NCBI GenBank assembly: GCA_018883425.1
Contig: VFQY01000001.1
Span: 432-64,431, forward strand
Direction: 5' to 3'
DNA: 64,000 nucleotides
Origin: Candidatus Omnitrophota bacterium
GTDB lineage: Bacteria > Omnitrophota > Omnitrophia > Omnitrophales > Aquincolibacteriaceae
Both the position numbers and the translations under genes were made by a program. Shown in pieces: positions 10,857 to 19,447 of this stretch (position 1 is its first letter; every line of letters begins with the position of its first letter). The notes under the pieces are model-generated. The model saw only the letters and a list, made by a program, of their open reading frames with translations. It did not search any database and had not been told where the DNA came from.

Positions 10857-12088
10857 AACGGCCTCTTGAGGTCTGCGCTCTGCAGGATTTCGAGAACTTT
10901 CTGAGCGACGAAGCCGGCATCTTCATCCGACATCCCGGGATAGATGGGCAGAGAAACAATTCTTTTGAAGCAGTCTGAGGTGTTGGGAAAATCTTCGGGC
11001 TTGAGCCCGAGTTTTTCCTGATAATACGGGTGTTCACTGAGCGGAATAAAATGGACGCTTGTTCCGATACCGGCAGAGCGCATCTTCTCCATGAATTCGT
11101 CGCGGCTGATCGAAAGCTTCTCGATCTCAAGCTTGATCACAAACAAATGCCAGGCATGCGACTCAAAACTGCCGCAAGCCGGTGTACGGAGAAGTTCACA
11201 GCCCCGGAAGGCCTCCAAATAGCTCGCCGCGATCCTCCGCCGCCTCTCGAGGAAGCGTGCGCTTTTTCGAAGCTGCTGAAGACCAATGGCTGCCTGAATA
11301 TCGCTCATATTATATTTTCGGCCGAGCGTCACCACATCGTAGCGCCAAGCGCCTGGATTTTGATAGCGCTTCCAGGCGTCGCGCGTAATCCCATGAAGGG
11401 AAAGCAGCCGCGCCCGCTCGATCACCTCATCATGAGGCGTCACCAGCATTCCTCCTTCACCCGTGGAAAGTGTCTTGGTCGCGTAGAAACTAAAACAAGT
11501 AGCATCGCCGAAAACGCCGACTTTTTTTCCTTCGTAAAGCGTTGGAAAACTGTGCGCGGCATCTTCCACCAGCTTCAAACTGTAGCGCTCTGCGATCCTC
11601 TTGATGGGATTCAGCTCACACGCCTGCCCCGCAAAGTGGACAGGCAAAATAGCCCGGGTCCGGGCGGTGATTTTTTCCTCGATTCTGTCAGCCAGAATGT
11701 TGAAGCTCTCAGGACTGCAATCCACATAAACCGGTTTAGCCTTGCAATAGAGAATGACCTCAGAAGTGGCGACAAAAGTAAAAGGGACCGTAATCACCTC
11801 GTCGCCCTCTTTGATCCCAAGAGCCTCGAGCGCTACGTGCATCGCTGCCGTCCCGCTATTGACGGCCAACGCGTGTTTGACCCCGATCTCGGCCGCAAAG
11901 GCCCGCTCGAAATCCCGGACTTTCGGCCCCGTCGTAATCCAACCGCTGCGGATCGTCTCCGTCACTTCGCGGATTTCTTCTTCTCCATACTCCGGTTTAT
12001 GAAATGGAATCTTAAGCTCTTCCAAAGCTGTCCCCTTCGGCAAGAAATTTTTCAAGGATAGAAACAATGCGCTCCGCTGCGCCGCCAT
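10853..12088 (-). CDS. DegT/DnrJ/EryC1/StrS-family PLP-dependent sugar aminotransferase (ArnB/PglE-like)
   Basis: IPFHKPEYGEEEIREV...GWITTGPKVRDFERAF and the ATKTLSTGEGGMLV lysine region. Track ORF starts at 12166; nearest ATG is at 12088. 4-bp overlap with the downstream fusion gene. Confidence 0.85.
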   Translation of the reverse strand: MAAQRSALFLSLKNFLPKGTALEELKIPFHKPEYGEEEIREVTETIRSGWITTGPKVRDFERAFAAEIGVKHALAVNSGTAAMHVALEALGIKEGDEVITVPFTFVATSEVILYCKAKPVYVDCSPESFNILADRIEEKITARTRAILPVHFAGQACELNPIKRIAERYSLKLVEDAAHSFPTLYEGKKVGVFGDATCFSFYATKTLSTGEGGMLVTPHDEVIERARLLSLHGITRDAWKRYQNPGAWRYDVVTLGRKYNMSDIQAAIGLQQLRKSARFLERRRRIAASYLEAFRGCELLRTPACGSFESHAWHLFVIKLEIEKLSISRDEFMEKMRSAGIGTSVHFIPLSEHPYYQEKLGLKPEDFPNTSDCFKRIVSLPIYPGMSDEDAGFVAQKVLEILQSADLKRPL

Positions 12089-13109
12089 CCCAAAGAGGGA
12101 TAGCTGTCGGAACAGGCCGCGGCTCTTCCAGGATCCTGAAAGCCTGCTCAATGATTTTCTTTTCATGGACAGCGCAGAGCCGGTTTGTTCCCTGAGTCAA
12201 AGTCACCGGCCTTTCGGTATTCTTTCGCAGAGTGATGCAGGGGACAGCCAAAGCTGAAGTTTCCTCCTGCAGTCCTCCCGAGTCCGTCATCACGAAGGCG
12301 GATCCGGCCGTCAGCGAGAGAAAGTCGAGATACCCCAGCGGTTCCGTCAGCGTTACCCCCGACCATTCAGCTCCGAGGACTTCGATGCGCTGAAGTGTCC
12401 GCGGGTGAATGGGAAACACAACGGGGATCCGGGATGCAATTTGACAGACCGCACGGTTCAACTCAAGAAGCGTTGAGGGCCGATCGACATTCTCAGGACG
12501 ATGCAGAGTCAAAAGAGCGTAAGATTTCTCCCGAAAACCGTACCTCTCCCAAGCCCTTCTCGTCAGGGCTTTTTCGAGCCCCCGAATCAGGCTGTCGATC
12601 ATGGTATTGCCGCTATCGAATATCTTAGCCGCGTCAACACCTTCGCGGAGTAAATTTTTCCGCGCACTCGGCTCCGTGGCAAAGAGCAGCGACGAGAGGT
12701 GATCCGTAATAACCCGGTTGATTTCCTCCGGCATAGCTCGATCAAAAGATCTCAAACCTGACTCGATATGAGCAACAGGTACTTGCATTTTTGCCGCCGT
12801 CCAAGCACAGGCGGCTGTCGAATTCACATCGCCGGCAACAATCACAATTCGGGGCTCGGCTTGAGCGCAGACGGGTTCAAAGGCCTTCATGATCTCTGCT
12901 GTTTGAGATGCATGCGAACCCGAGCCGGCACCCAAATTCATATCCGGCTTCTGCAAATCGAGATCCCGAAAAAAAACATCCGACATCTCGGGGGAGTAAT
13001 GCTGTCCCGTATGAACAAGCATATGCGGAAGTTTCCTGCGGCTGATCTCGCGGACTACCGGGGCCATTTTGACAAAGTTGGGACGGGCACCGACAACCGA
13101 TAGGATCAT
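12012..13109 (-). CDS. wecB: UDP-N-acetylglucosamine 2-epimerase (non-hydrolysing)
   Basis: MILSVVGARPNFVKMAPV...HTGQHYS...SGSHASQTAEIM...VAGDVNSTAA...HIESGLRSFDRAMPEEINR. Confidence 0.9.
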   Translation of the reverse strand: MILSVVGARPNFVKMAPVVREISRRKLPHMLVHTGQHYSPEMSDVFFRDLDLQKPDMNLGAGSGSHASQTAEIMKAFEPVCAQAEPRIVIVAGDVNSTAACAWTAAKMQVPVAHIESGLRSFDRAMPEEINRVITDHLSSLLFATEPSARKNLLREGVDAAKIFDSGNTMIDSLIRGLEKALTRRAWERYGFREKSYALLTLHRPENVDRPSTLLELNRAVCQIASRIPVVFPIHPRTLQRIEVLGAEWSGVTLTEPLGYLDFLSLTAGSAFVMTDSGGLQEETSALAVPCITLRKNTERPVTLTQGTNRLCAVHEKKIIEQAFRILEEPRPVPTAIPLWDGGAAERIVSILEKFLAEGDSFGRA

Positions 13110-14335
13110 GACGGCACCGGACTGATCAGCATATGGATGAATTCTTCCTGGATCTTTCTTCGGTCATAACGTTTTTTAACTTCAGCTTTGCCGGCATCAC
13201 CCATGGTCTTACGCAATCCTGCATCGCGGGACAAGACCTCCACGGCCTCGACAAACTGCTCGGTATCTTTGGGTTTGACCACAATACCGCAGCCGCAGCC
13301 TCTGACAATACCTGCAGCTTCCCCCTCTGCCGCCAAAATGACGGGTTTAGCCGCAGCCATCGCTTCATAGAGCTTGGATGGAACAGCTCCTGGTAGAGTT
13401 CCAAGCAGGGGAACCATGAGAATATCGGCCGCCGCGAGCATTTCAGGAACTCTGTCGTACGGTCTTCCATCAAAAAAAGACACATTTTTAAGGTCTCTAT
13501 CTTTCGCCAGCTTTATCAATGCCGATTTTGCGGGCCCGTCACCGGCAAGAACATAATGGACCGGAAGATGCCGGGTTCGGGATGCCGACTCCAGTATTTG
13601 TTCCAACCCCTGCGCCAGACCGTGAAGGCCGGCGTAAAGAGCAAGACACGGTTTTTGAGGATGGTTCGGGATTCCCGGAAAGACCTCTTGGCGCCGGGCC
13701 GCCGGGAGAAGATCGAACTTTTCGAGATCCGCCCCATTAGAGAAAAGTGCTGTTCTCACTCCGGGAAACCTCGATGAGATGTCAGCAATAATCTCCCGCG
13801 ACTGTCCTGTCACCAGCCAGGCCCTTTGGTAGAAAAAGGCTTCCATCAGACTGCATGCATGAAAAACAGGACCGCCCGCGCGGAGCTTACCGAGCCGAAC
13901 GGCGGAGTCCGGCCAAAGGTCTGACACATTGAAAATCCAGCGGGCACGCTTCCATCGGCTGAGAAGAAATCCGCTGATTCCAAGGAAAAGAGGCGGACTT
14001 TCTGTAAAAAAATAATCGGCTTTCGGCAGGAAAAAAATGCCGTAGACAAACGACGCCAAAACAAACGAGAAATAATTGAAAAGTCTTTTCAGCAGACCCT
14101 CGCTCTGTGCAGGATAAATAGGCGTTCGAATCACCTGAACACCCCGAACATCCTCCTTGCGGAAAAACCCGCCGTAGCCCGGATAAATCCTTCCCTCCGG
14201 ATAGCTCGGCATCGCTGTCAGCACAGTCACCGAATGGCCGCGCAGAACGAAGGCCTCCGCCAAGCTCGAAAGTCTGGCCTGCGGGGCCCCTTTCTCCGGC
14301 GGATAATACTGTGTGTGAAGGATAATCTTCATCAT
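13106..14335 (-). CDS. GT4-family glycosyltransferase (WcaI-like, N-terminal GT4 domain)
   Basis: IILHTQYYPPEKGAPQARL N-terminus; C-terminal GT-B catalytic half. Preceded by a good RBS (AAGGAGAGAGG). Confidence 0.8.
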   Translation of the reverse strand: MMKIILHTQYYPPEKGAPQARLSSLAEAFVLRGHSVTVLTAMPSYPEGRIYPGYGGFFRKEDVRGVQVIRTPIYPAQSEGLLKRLFNYFSFVLASFVYGIFFLPKADYFFTESPPLFLGISGFLLSRWKRARWIFNVSDLWPDSAVRLGKLRAGGPVFHACSLMEAFFYQRAWLVTGQSREIIADISSRFPGVRTALFSNGADLEKFDLLPAARRQEVFPGIPNHPQKPCLALYAGLHGLAQGLEQILESASRTRHLPVHYVLAGDGPAKSALIKLAKDRDLKNVSFFDGRPYDRVPEMLAAADILMVPLLGTLPGAVPSKLYEAMAAAKPVILAAEGEAAGIVRGCGCGIVVKPKDTEQFVEAVEVLSRDAGLRKTMGDAGKAEVKKRYDRRKIQEEFIHMLISPVPS

Positions 14336-14450
14336 CGAGTGCGCCTCTCTCCTTCTTTTTAGTGCGCGAAAATAGACATTTCTTAATGACGAGCCTTGAT
14401 CAAACTGTCCCCCCCTGAAAATGACCGTAAATCCCGCGAGGCGAAAAATA

Positions 14451-14510
14451 GCATCCGGGAGCAGACCCCCCGAAGGTTCCGCATGCGCCCCCGGATGGGA
14501 GTTTTTTCTC
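14451..14510. promoter_or_regulatory. Stem-loop (CATCCGGG / CCCGGATG arms, about 30-nt loop with CGCATGCG palindrome) plus T-run, inside a 287-bp ORF-free gap in the glycan operon. Possible attenuator or internal terminator, or protecting hairpin
   Basis: Inverted repeat at 14451-14458 and 14489-14496. T-runs on both strands (TTTTTT on plus after the stem, TATTTTT on minus). Confidence 0.25.
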
Positions 14511-14622
14511 CACTCCTTTCCGGAAAGCTTAGGCTTTCATCGACTCAGGGAACAGCCGCCTTGATTTCCGGGCGTTTCGCAAGCTGTCACGATTCAGAAG
14601 ATCCCCGGAGGACCTAAACACT

Positions 14623-15252
14623 TCATAACTTCTTCGTCATCAAAAGACCCTGGCCGCCGTCGTCGACGGCGCCGCTCAAGACCCACCCGAGCTTTCTATG
14701 AAAAAATAACGCCTGATGATTATTCTTATCCACAGACAGGTGCATCTGTTTTTTTCCCCTGTGCCTAGCCTCTTTCGCAAGCTCACCCATAAGACGCCGG
14801 CCCAAACCTGTGCGCTGAAACTCAGGATCCACCGCAAGCACTAGGACGCCGAAACTGTCTTCGCATATAGAAAACCGAGGTTTCGTATCACGTTTCCCCA
14901 ACAGCCGTATCAAAGGGGCAAGGACCTTCCGTAAAAATCGAGCCTGAACCCATGCGCGGGGACTTACGAGCAAGCGGCAAAAAAGAAATCGTCGATTTTT
15001 TTTGACGAAACCGCTCACTGCGCCTTTAAAAGCGCCTCCCATGGCATATGCGGCTAATTTTCCGTCCGACGAAATTCCCACCGAAAAACATTCATGCGGT
15101 CCCGTCAGAAGCCAACGATAATAACGCCGCACGGCCTCAACGCCCAAGAGAGTCAGAAAGCTGTCCGGAAAAGCCCTCCTATGGAGACGCGCCGCTTTGT
15201 CCGCATCTTCACCACCCAGTCGGAATAAGGAGAGAGAGGTCTGTGGAGTCAT
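14623..15252 (-). CDS. GNAT-family N-acetyltransferase
   Basis: C-terminal LAVDPEFQRTGLGRRLMGELAKEA acetyl-CoA binding motif. ATGA overlap with the upstream CapK-like gene. Confidence 0.7.
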   Translation of the reverse strand: MTPQTSLSLFRLGGEDADKAARLHRRAFPDSFLTLLGVEAVRRYYRWLLTGPHECFSVGISSDGKLAAYAMGGAFKGAVSGFVKKNRRFLFCRLLVSPRAWVQARFLRKVLAPLIRLLGKRDTKPRFSICEDSFGVLVLAVDPEFQRTGLGRRLMGELAKEARHRGKKQMHLSVDKNNHQALFFHRKLGWVLSGAVDDGGQGLLMTKKL

Positions 15253-16658
15253 AACTTGTCTGAAGGAGCCTCATCCTTTGACATGCGGCTGATCACTGCG
15301 CGGAATTTGCCGTTCGAACCGCGGGGAATAAGCCGGCTGTATTGGATCTGGATCAGAGCCGGTCCGGTGAGGTTCTTCATGCGTTGAATCACGGCTTGTT
15401 CCTCCTCTGCAGAAAGGGGTCTCGAACAATTCATAACAACGCTGAAGACATCCAATTTTTCCTGAACAATCTGAGATTCCCGGACAGGGAGACCGGAAAA
15501 AACGGGGTTGAAATACCAGACCTTGCGGCCGTCCCTGAGGCTGAGAACATCGTGTTTGCGGCCATCGAAAGCTCGTATTGCTGGAAGCTTTCTACCGCAG
15601 GCGCAGGGCGGGGCATCTTCCGGGGCCAGACTCAGCCTATCGCCCGTTTCATAGCGAATCAACGGCATGTCGCGATGAATAAAACCTGTTGTGATCAGCT
15701 CGCCGATCTGACCTGCTGGCACATGGACCCCTTGTTCCAAGACTTCCAGATAACCCGTTTCGGGCCACAGATGCAAAACACCCTTCTCGCATTCTCCCGC
15801 GGCGGCGCCCATTTCTGACATCCCGTAGGTTTCCCGGACAGGGCATCGGAAAGCTTTTTCCATAGCCGCCTTTTGCGACGGACTGACAGGCTCTGCGTTG
15901 GTTATCACAACCTTCAGCGGAGGCACCGTCAAATTGCGCTCAAGAATTTCACAGGCTAAAAAATGCAATGCTGAGGTATAACCCAGCAGATAAACAGCCC
16001 GGCATTTGCGGACCGCTTCCAGACATTCCGGGATGAATTCAGGAAATAGGTGATAACAGGAGATATAGAGCTGATTCGAGCCGGCGTTCCAAACCCAGAA
16101 AGGAGGCTTTCGAGCAGCGGGCCCAACGATCTTCTGGGCTCCTATAATCGCCCATCGATCATGACGCGAGACTCCGTACCACCTCCTCCAGCGCGCCTCA
16201 AACAAAGCATACCACTCCCGCAAGGTATCGCGGCTTTGCCAAAGTTTGAGGGGAGTCCCTGTCGTTCCGCCGGTCGACTCAAGATAAAGTGTTTCTCTCC
16301 GGCCGGATTCTCTGAGAAAAGCCTGAGGATTTGAGCGCACCTCCTCTTTCGAAAGGGTGGGCCAGTTCTGCAAATCTCTCCAATCCGACAGATCTCCCTG
16401 TTTTCTTCTCGACTCCCACATCGCTCGGTAGTAGGGTACTTTCCTGGCCGCATCCTCCAAAAAATCGGGAAGTTTCTCATCCCTCCAAGCTTTCCATTGC
16501 GACGCATCCCAAAACTCTCTCTCAAGCGCTTCAGCAACCAACCTCTCGGTTTCCGGCCCGTAACGAAGCATCCTGAGATGGTATCCCCAAAGACTCGCGC
16601 CAAGGCATCGGAAAGTATACGGCAGCGCTTGATAAATACAGGTCACCCGAGAATTCAT
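15249..16658 (-). CDS. CapK/PaaK-like adenylate-forming enzyme (phenylacetate-CoA ligase / F390 synthetase family)
   Basis: STGGTTGTPLK P-loop-like AMP-binding motif of the PaaK family. Track ORF starts at 16721; ATG at 16658 makes an ATGA overlap with the upstream GT. Confidence 0.75.
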   Translation of the reverse strand: MNSRVTCIYQALPYTFRCLGASLWGYHLRMLRYGPETERLVAEALEREFWDASQWKAWRDEKLPDFLEDAARKVPYYRAMWESRRKQGDLSDWRDLQNWPTLSKEEVRSNPQAFLRESGRRETLYLESTGGTTGTPLKLWQSRDTLREWYALFEARWRRWYGVSRHDRWAIIGAQKIVGPAARKPPFWVWNAGSNQLYISCYHLFPEFIPECLEAVRKCRAVYLLGYTSALHFLACEILERNLTVPPLKVVITNAEPVSPSQKAAMEKAFRCPVRETYGMSEMGAAAGECEKGVLHLWPETGYLEVLEQGVHVPAGQIGELITTGFIHRDMPLIRYETGDRLSLAPEDAPPCACGRKLPAIRAFDGRKHDVLSLRDGRKVWYFNPVFSGLPVRESQIVQEKLDVFSVVMNCSRPLSAEEEQAVIQRMKNLTGPALIQIQYSRLIPRGSNGKFRAVISRMSKDEAPSDKL

Positions 16659-17746
16659 CGTTCCATACCCTCTTTCCCCGTGAGAAGAATTTTTTCCCAT
16701 TCCGGAAGAATAGAATCCCAACCGAATCGTTCAGCGTTAACTCTCGCTTCACGCGAAAACCGGACTGCAAGCTCCGGCTGACACAGCAGCTGCTTGACAG
16801 CTTCTGCAGCCCCTTTCGGATCTCCCGGGTTAAATAAAAGCGCGTTCTTTCCTGCCTCCCAGATTCTAGGGATTTCCCCCGCGTTCGAGCTAACGATGCA
16901 AAGACCGCTCGCCGCAGCTTCCATGACAGAAACGCCGAAGCTTTCAAGGGTTGTGGTATTGAGAAAAATGTCATGCTCTTGGAAGAGTTCGGGAAGTTTT
17001 GCATTAGGGATTCCTCCGCAAAGACGGACCGCCTTCTCTAGCCCAAGCTCGCGAATCGTCTGAAGAACTTTCCGGAACGTTCCATCTCCGGTGTCCGGAC
17101 CCGCCATGGTGAGCACTGCTTCAGGGAAGTCCTGGAGAATCAGCGCCAGAGTAGTCAAAGCAGTTTGAGGATCATAAATTTTATGGAAAGCTCGAACCCA
17201 ACAAAGCCGGGGACGCGGGCTCCGCCTTGAATGAAAAAAAAACTTTTTTAAATCGATGCCGTTCGGCAGGTACTCGATTTCGATCCCCGGGCAGCTCAGA
17301 GAATCCCTAAGATGGTAGGATGGACAAATTACCCGCTCTGCTTGGATTAGAAACCGTTTGAATTTTTTTTCAAAATGCCCTGCAAACGCAGGCAGATCCC
17401 CTCCATGCAGAGCTGCGACATAGGGTTTTCGAAGCACCCTCAGAAGAAAACCAGCTGCCTCGGCCCAATAAAAGGCTCTTCCGCTGTACACCAGAATGAC
17501 CGCTTTGTCATAAGCACCGCGGGAAAACACAATAGCGCACGCCATGCTAAGTGCGCGGATCCACCGAGTTTTGAAAACAGAGGCTCGGGAAACTCTCCAA
17601 CCCCGGGAGGACAGCCGCGACAAGAGATCTTCATAGGGGGATTTGATGGGCGATGCCTTGATGAAATTCCCGATAAAGAGCACCCGCTTTCCACTTTCTC
17701 GTTCCCCGAGAGTTTTGTCAGGCATATCTGCCTTCTTCCCTATCAA
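16655..17746 (-). CDS. GT4-family glycosyltransferase
   Basis: C-terminal GT-B motif FLNTTTLESFGVSVMEAAASGLCIVSSNAGEIP. Confidence 0.8.
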   Translation of the reverse strand: MIGKKADMPDKTLGERESGKRVLFIGNFIKASPIKSPYEDLLSRLSSRGWRVSRASVFKTRWIRALSMACAIVFSRGAYDKAVILVYSGRAFYWAEAAGFLLRVLRKPYVAALHGGDLPAFAGHFEKKFKRFLIQAERVICPSYHLRDSLSCPGIEIEYLPNGIDLKKFFFHSRRSPRPRLCWVRAFHKIYDPQTALTTLALILQDFPEAVLTMAGPDTGDGTFRKVLQTIRELGLEKAVRLCGGIPNAKLPELFQEHDIFLNTTTLESFGVSVMEAAASGLCIVSSNAGEIPRIWEAGKNALLFNPGDPKGAAEAVKQLLCQPELAVRFSREARVNAERFGWDSILPEWEKILLTGKEGMER

Positions 17747-18288
17747 GGTTCGTCATCGTGAACTTCCTTCACGGCCCTGGCTGAAACGCCGGCATCGAGC
17801 GTATTATCAGGACTCTTGCCGGCAGTTGCGCAGGAATTTTCGGCCAAAATGCATCCGGCCCCAATAACCGCCCCATCGAGAACAGAGGCATGAGTCCCAA
17901 CCCATGTACCGCGTCCGATACGAATGGGCCGGGCAATAACCTTCCCTTTTCGGAACGAACCGCTTTTTCGTGTGTGCCTCCCGCTCGCCACGACAGCATA
18001 AGGCGAGATCATCACGTCATCTTCGATACACACGTCATGATTTGCAAGGATCACCACCCCATAGGCAAGATAAACGTCCTGGCCCAGATGAATTCGAGAG
18101 GGTTGATAAAATGATACATACCGCCCCAAAACGAGCCGGGGCCCGAATTCAGCAGAAAAGAAAGATGCCAACCAACCCCGAAAACGCATCAAGGAAGCTC
18201 GGTCCGGCATCCATGCGCAAAGAAAAAGAACCGTACGAAGCGGCCAATCATGACGTAATTGAATCCGAAAATTACGCACCCTGTTCAC
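17743..18288 (-). CDS. Hexapeptide-repeat (left-handed beta-helix) sugar O-/N-acetyltransferase (WcaF/PglD-like)
   Basis: Repeating [LIV]G..x..[LIV] hexads: IRIGRGTWVGTHASVLDGAVIGAGCILAENS. Confidence 0.8.
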   Translation of the reverse strand: MNRVRNFRIQLRHDWPLRTVLFLCAWMPDRASLMRFRGWLASFFSAEFGPRLVLGRYVSFYQPSRIHLGQDVYLAYGVVILANHDVCIEDDVMISPYAVVASGRHTRKSGSFRKGKVIARPIRIGRGTWVGTHASVLDGAVIGAGCILAENSCATAGKSPDNTLDAGVSARAVKEVHDDEP

Positions 18289-19447
18289 CTCTCCAAAGCT
18301 GAAGATGTTCGGCCATCATCTCAACTTGACGATCAATCACAACGCTGCGCGCCAAATCGAAACCCGATCGGATCATCTGCATTCTGCTCTCAGAATCACC
18401 CATGAGGTCGAGCAGCGCCTCTGCAATATCGTGAGGCATCTGAGGGGGGACGATCCTTAAGGCCTTTGCGGCATATTCAGAAATCGACCCCACGTCTGTC
18501 GCAATCACAGGAAGCCCTTGCGAGAACGCCTCACTGATTGCACGGGGGAAACCTTCCGAAGAACGTGAAGCGGTCACAAAAAAATCCGCCTCCCGATAAT
18601 AGTTCCAAAGCTGCGGCCCAAGGGGAACATACCCGTGATAAAAAACCCGCTCTGAAACACCTGCATCTCGGGCTCTTCCAAAGACCCTCTCCAAAACCCT
18701 ATCCCGAGGATCTAGCGGGCCAACGAGATCCCATCGAACAGAAACACCTTTATTCGAGAGAAGAATCACCGCTTCGAGAACATCCTCGAGGCCTTTTGCG
18801 CTATCCATGCGGCCGGTATAGAGAAGCCTGATAACTTGCCCCCGGCAAGTGTCTTCCCGGTAAAAAAAATCGTTTTCCCCAAACGTGCTCGTCCGAACTT
18901 CTACTAATTTCGCAGCGACACCTTCCAACTGATGAAAGAGCGGACGATTGTTCACAAACGTTAAGGCCCGGCGGCAAAGTTTATTTTGCTGACTTCGGTT
19001 CCATCGGCTCCACATTGAAATCCCTAGCCGTTTTAATCCCGAACAGGCAAGGCTTGAGATCCCTTTTTCGTAATCCCCAACAAGCAGCAAGGCCAGCGGG
19101 ATGTGAGGGGCTCGGCTTGCAAGGGCTTTTAAAAGCGGGGAGGGGCCCCGGAGCAGCAATAAGTCAACCTCTCGGAGCTGCTGCCTGACCCTCCCCGCGA
19201 TTTGATGGCCGAAAAGAATCTGAAGGATTGCGCGCTGATGCTCCCCCAGGCTGCACAAGCTCACATTCCGAGCCTTGATTCTGCAATCCATCATCGCCGC
19301 CTCCCCGGACGCAGGCGAGGGCATAAAGCAGACGATCCTCTCGAAATGTCTCGCAAGCCTTTCCACAAAAACCGCCTGATAACCCGGCATATAGAGGCCG
19401 TCCTGTTTCCTCAGAGCCGGCAGATGGTAGTAATAACCCAGCTTCAT
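18272..19447 (-). CDS. GT4-family glycosyltransferase
   Basis: C-terminal EGFPRAISEAFSQGLPVIATDVGSISEY. Track ORF extends to 19642; ATG at 19447 gives an ATGA overlap with the upstream Wzy-like gene. Confidence 0.75.
   Translation of the reverse strand: MKLGYYYHLPALRKQDGLYMPGYQAVFVERLARHFERIVCFMPSPASGEAAMMDCRIKARNVSLCSLGEHQRAILQILFGHQIAGRVRQQLREVDLLLLRGPSPLLKALASRAPHIPLALLLVGDYEKGISSLACSGLKRLGISMWSRWNRSQQNKLCRRALTFVNNRPLFHQLEGVAAKLVEVRTSTFGENDFFYREDTCRGQVIRLLYTGRMDSAKGLEDVLEAVILLSNKGVSVRWDLVGPLDPRDRVLERVFGRARDAGVSERVFYHGYVPLGPQLWNYYREADFFVTASRSSEGFPRAISEAFSQGLPVIATDVGSISEYAAKALRIVPPQMPHDIAEALLDLMGDSESRMQMIRSGFDLARSVVIDRQVEMMAEHLQLWRGEQGA

Noticed and set aside
11030-12061. 343-aa plus-strand ORF
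   Set aside because: Lies wholly antisense to the DegT aminotransferase, which has clear motifs. No recognisable domain.
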